A stretch of 64,000 bases of DNA from an uncultured bacterium. GTDB lineage: Bacteria; Actinomycetota; Geothermincolia; Geothermincolales; Geothermincolaceae. The stretch lies in contig CAWFDJ010000011.1 in the NCBI GenBank assembly GCA_963814495.1, positions 129,809 to 193,808 of the forward strand. Reading direction: 5' to 3'. The translations under genes were made by a program, and so were the position numbers. Position 1 is the stretch's first letter. Each line of letters opens with the position of its first letter. The notes under the pieces are model-generated. The model made no database searches and was not told the origin of the DNA. It worked only from the letters and a program-made list of their open reading frames with translations. Positions 62,608 to 64,000 of this stretch are shown in pieces.

Positions 62608-62815
62608 GGAATCCCCTCCTTTACATGTTGACGCGCAAGGACAGCAGGTCCATAAAAGCGTATCATAAAGGGAGGATGGACGGTATAAATAGAAAATAGG
62701 CCCACGGTGCAGTAAAATATGGAATTGGGCGGGCGCTGGTTCGCCTGCCGGATGACGTAGCGTCAGGCAGCAAGGCTCGGGAGCCAGAGGTAGGACGTTG
62801 GATTACAAGGAACGC

Positions 62816-64000
62816 ATGCTGGGTTTCAGCAGGAAGACTCGCGTCATGTCCTGGTTGTTCATCGCGGTCCAGTACCTCTTCATCCGGGACTCCGTCTCCG
62901 CCTCGTCGTTCGTCCCCATGCTCATCGGGATCGGCGTCTACTTCATCGTCACGTACTTCATCCTCAAGCGCGCGCCCGATGAGAAGCTGCACATGACCGT
63001 CCGCCTGATAACCCTGGGCGAGATAGCCCTCTTCAGCGCCCTCGTCTACATCACCCGCTCAGAACCCGTGGTGGGCTTCGAATACCTGCTGTCCCTGCCC
63101 TGCTTCACCATCACCTTCTGGTACGGCATCAACGAGGGGCTGGGCTTCGCCCTGGTCGCCATGGCCTCGTATACGGCGCTGGCCCTCTCGACCCAGGACA
63201 TCAGCTGGGCCGACGTGGGCAGGAGCCTCATCACCCCCCTCGGGGTCATCTTCATCGCCACCTGGATCTCGGGCTTCATGGCGGAGTCGCGGGAGCACGA
63301 GAGGAAGGAGAAACGGCAGAGGACGGTGGAGATGACCACCCTCTCCAGTTTCGCCACCCTCTTCGACTCCACCCTGAAGGAGAACACCATCTTCGAAAAC
63401 CTCATGCAGGCGGTGTCCCGCACCATCAACTGCGACGTGGTGACGGTGTTCGCCTTCGAGACGGACCGCGAGTACCTGAGCGTCGCCGCCGCCTACAACA
63501 TGAACGAGATGGAGACCTCCATCCGCATCCCCGGCGAATACGGGCTGGTGGGGACGGTGCTGGAGAAGGGCGCCCCCCTGGTGGTGGAGGACACCGACCA
63601 GGAGCCGCGTTTCCGGCAGCTCCTGGAGACGCGGCGGATCCGCTCGGCCATCTACGCCCCCATGAAGTGGCGCGAGGAGACCTACGGCGTCATCACCGTG
63701 GGCAGCCTGCACCGCAACGCCTTCGGCCCCTACGACCTCAACCTGCTCAACGCCCTGGCCATCCAGGCCTCGGTGGCCGTCCACAACGCCCGGCTCTACG
63801 TCGACCTGGAGGACCGCATCGGCGAGCTGCACGCCATCTTCGAGATCGACAAGGCCATCACCTCCGCCGTCGACCTGGACACGGTGCTCCAGCAGATCGT
63901 GCAGATGAGCATCGGCCTCTTCGACGCCAAGATCTCCTCGCTGATGCTGCTGGACGAGGACTCGCAGGAACTGGTGATGGCCGCCGCCCACGGCATGTCG
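62816..64000 (+). CDS. membrane-anchored multi-GAF sensor protein (3' end outside window)
   Basis: Not in the supplied ORF track because it lacks a stop. ATG 62816, frame open to 64000 (395 codons). Four to five TM helices (MSWLFIAVQYLFI, MLIGIGVYFIVTYFIL, ...VIFIATWISGFM). GAF 1: IFENLMQAVSRTINCDVVTVFAFE...YGLVGTVLEKGAPLVVEDT...SAIYAPMKWREETYGVITVGS...LNALAIQASVAVHNARLY. A second GAF starts at LDTVLQQIVQMSIGLFDAKISSLMLLD. Confidence 0.8.
   Translation, partial: MLGFSRKTRVMSWLFIAVQYLFIRDSVSASSFVPMLIGIGVYFIVTYFILKRAPDEKLHMTVRLITLGEIALFSALVYITRSEPVVGFEYLLSLPCFTITFWYGINEGLGFALVAMASYTALALSTQDISWADVGRSLITPLGVIFIATWISGFMAESREHERKEKRQRTVEMTTLSSFATLFDSTLKENTIFENLMQAVSRTINCDVVTVFAFETDREYLSVAAAYNMNEMETSIRIPGEYGLVGTVLEKGAPLVVEDTDQEPRFRQLLETRRIRSAIYAPMKWREETYGVITVGSLHRNAFGPYDLNLLNALAIQASVAVHNARLYVDLEDRIGELHAIFEIDKAITSAVDLDTVLQQIVQMSIGLFDAKISSLMLLDEDSQELVMAAAHGMS

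Noticed and set aside
62663-62992. 109-aa minus-strand ORF and a 7-codon mini-ORF (ATG 62677, MDGINRK) after AAAGGGAGG in the AOR / GAF-sensor intergenic region.
   Set aside because: The minus ORF overlaps the start of the well-supported plus-strand GAF sensor gene and has odd composition. The mini-ORF has zero spacing between the SD-like sequence and the ATG, and nothing else supports it.

Overview
This is a 64-kb chromosomal segment with high G+C (by eye about two thirds), except for two AT-richer patches at about 54.9-55.3 kb and 57.1-59.3 kb. Gene content suggests a monoderm, probably anaerobic, Actinomycetota-like bacterium. Supporting markers are a PafB/PafC-like WYL regulator pair, a RipA-like coiled-coil NlpC/P60 hydrolase, and the conserved block yloV-recG-rsmD-coaD-(coiled-coil)-DUF177-rpmF-plsX-rnc-degV at 27.6-36.7 kb. 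Anaerobe markers are rubrerythrin, ferredoxin and a tungsten-type aldehyde:ferredoxin oxidoreductase with a MoaD-like partner. I support about 60 protein genes. I recognised no rRNA, tRNA, CRISPR array, transposase, integrase or phage genes, and no known defence system.

The window is rich in signalling genes: two histidine kinases, four receiver proteins, a GGDEF protein, a STAS / GAF-PP2C-HATPase partner-switching pair, and a multi-GAF sensor at the 3' edge.

The main observations:
1. A secreted amidase carries four nearly identical in-frame 303-bp tandem repeats. They encode an uncharacterised ~101-aa 'AEG..GF.xW..QNP...ER.MY' module.
2. Divergent copies of the same module end a 3.2-kb, low-GC, heavily disrupted surface-protein gene (PD40-like repeats plus IPT/TIG-like domains) at 57.2-60.4 kb.
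3. About sixty single-base frame breaks are scattered through otherwise conserved, even essential, genes. Most are probably consensus indel errors. The hot spots (ChlI/ChlD-like gene, katG, surface-protein gene) could be genuine decay.
4. Two gene pairs are joined in frame with no stop codon (unknown ORF-dut, rnc-degV).
5. A tandem pair of CrtI-like oxidoreductases has a mosaic identity pattern.
6. A REP-like 'GTCAT(T/C)GCGAG' element is present at three loci.
7. A 54-bp-spaced direct repeat lies in the divergent promoter next to the WYL regulators.
8. A ~390-bp AT-rich intergenic region with a consensus promoter lies upstream of dapA.

All coordinates of frame breaks are approximate and read by eye.
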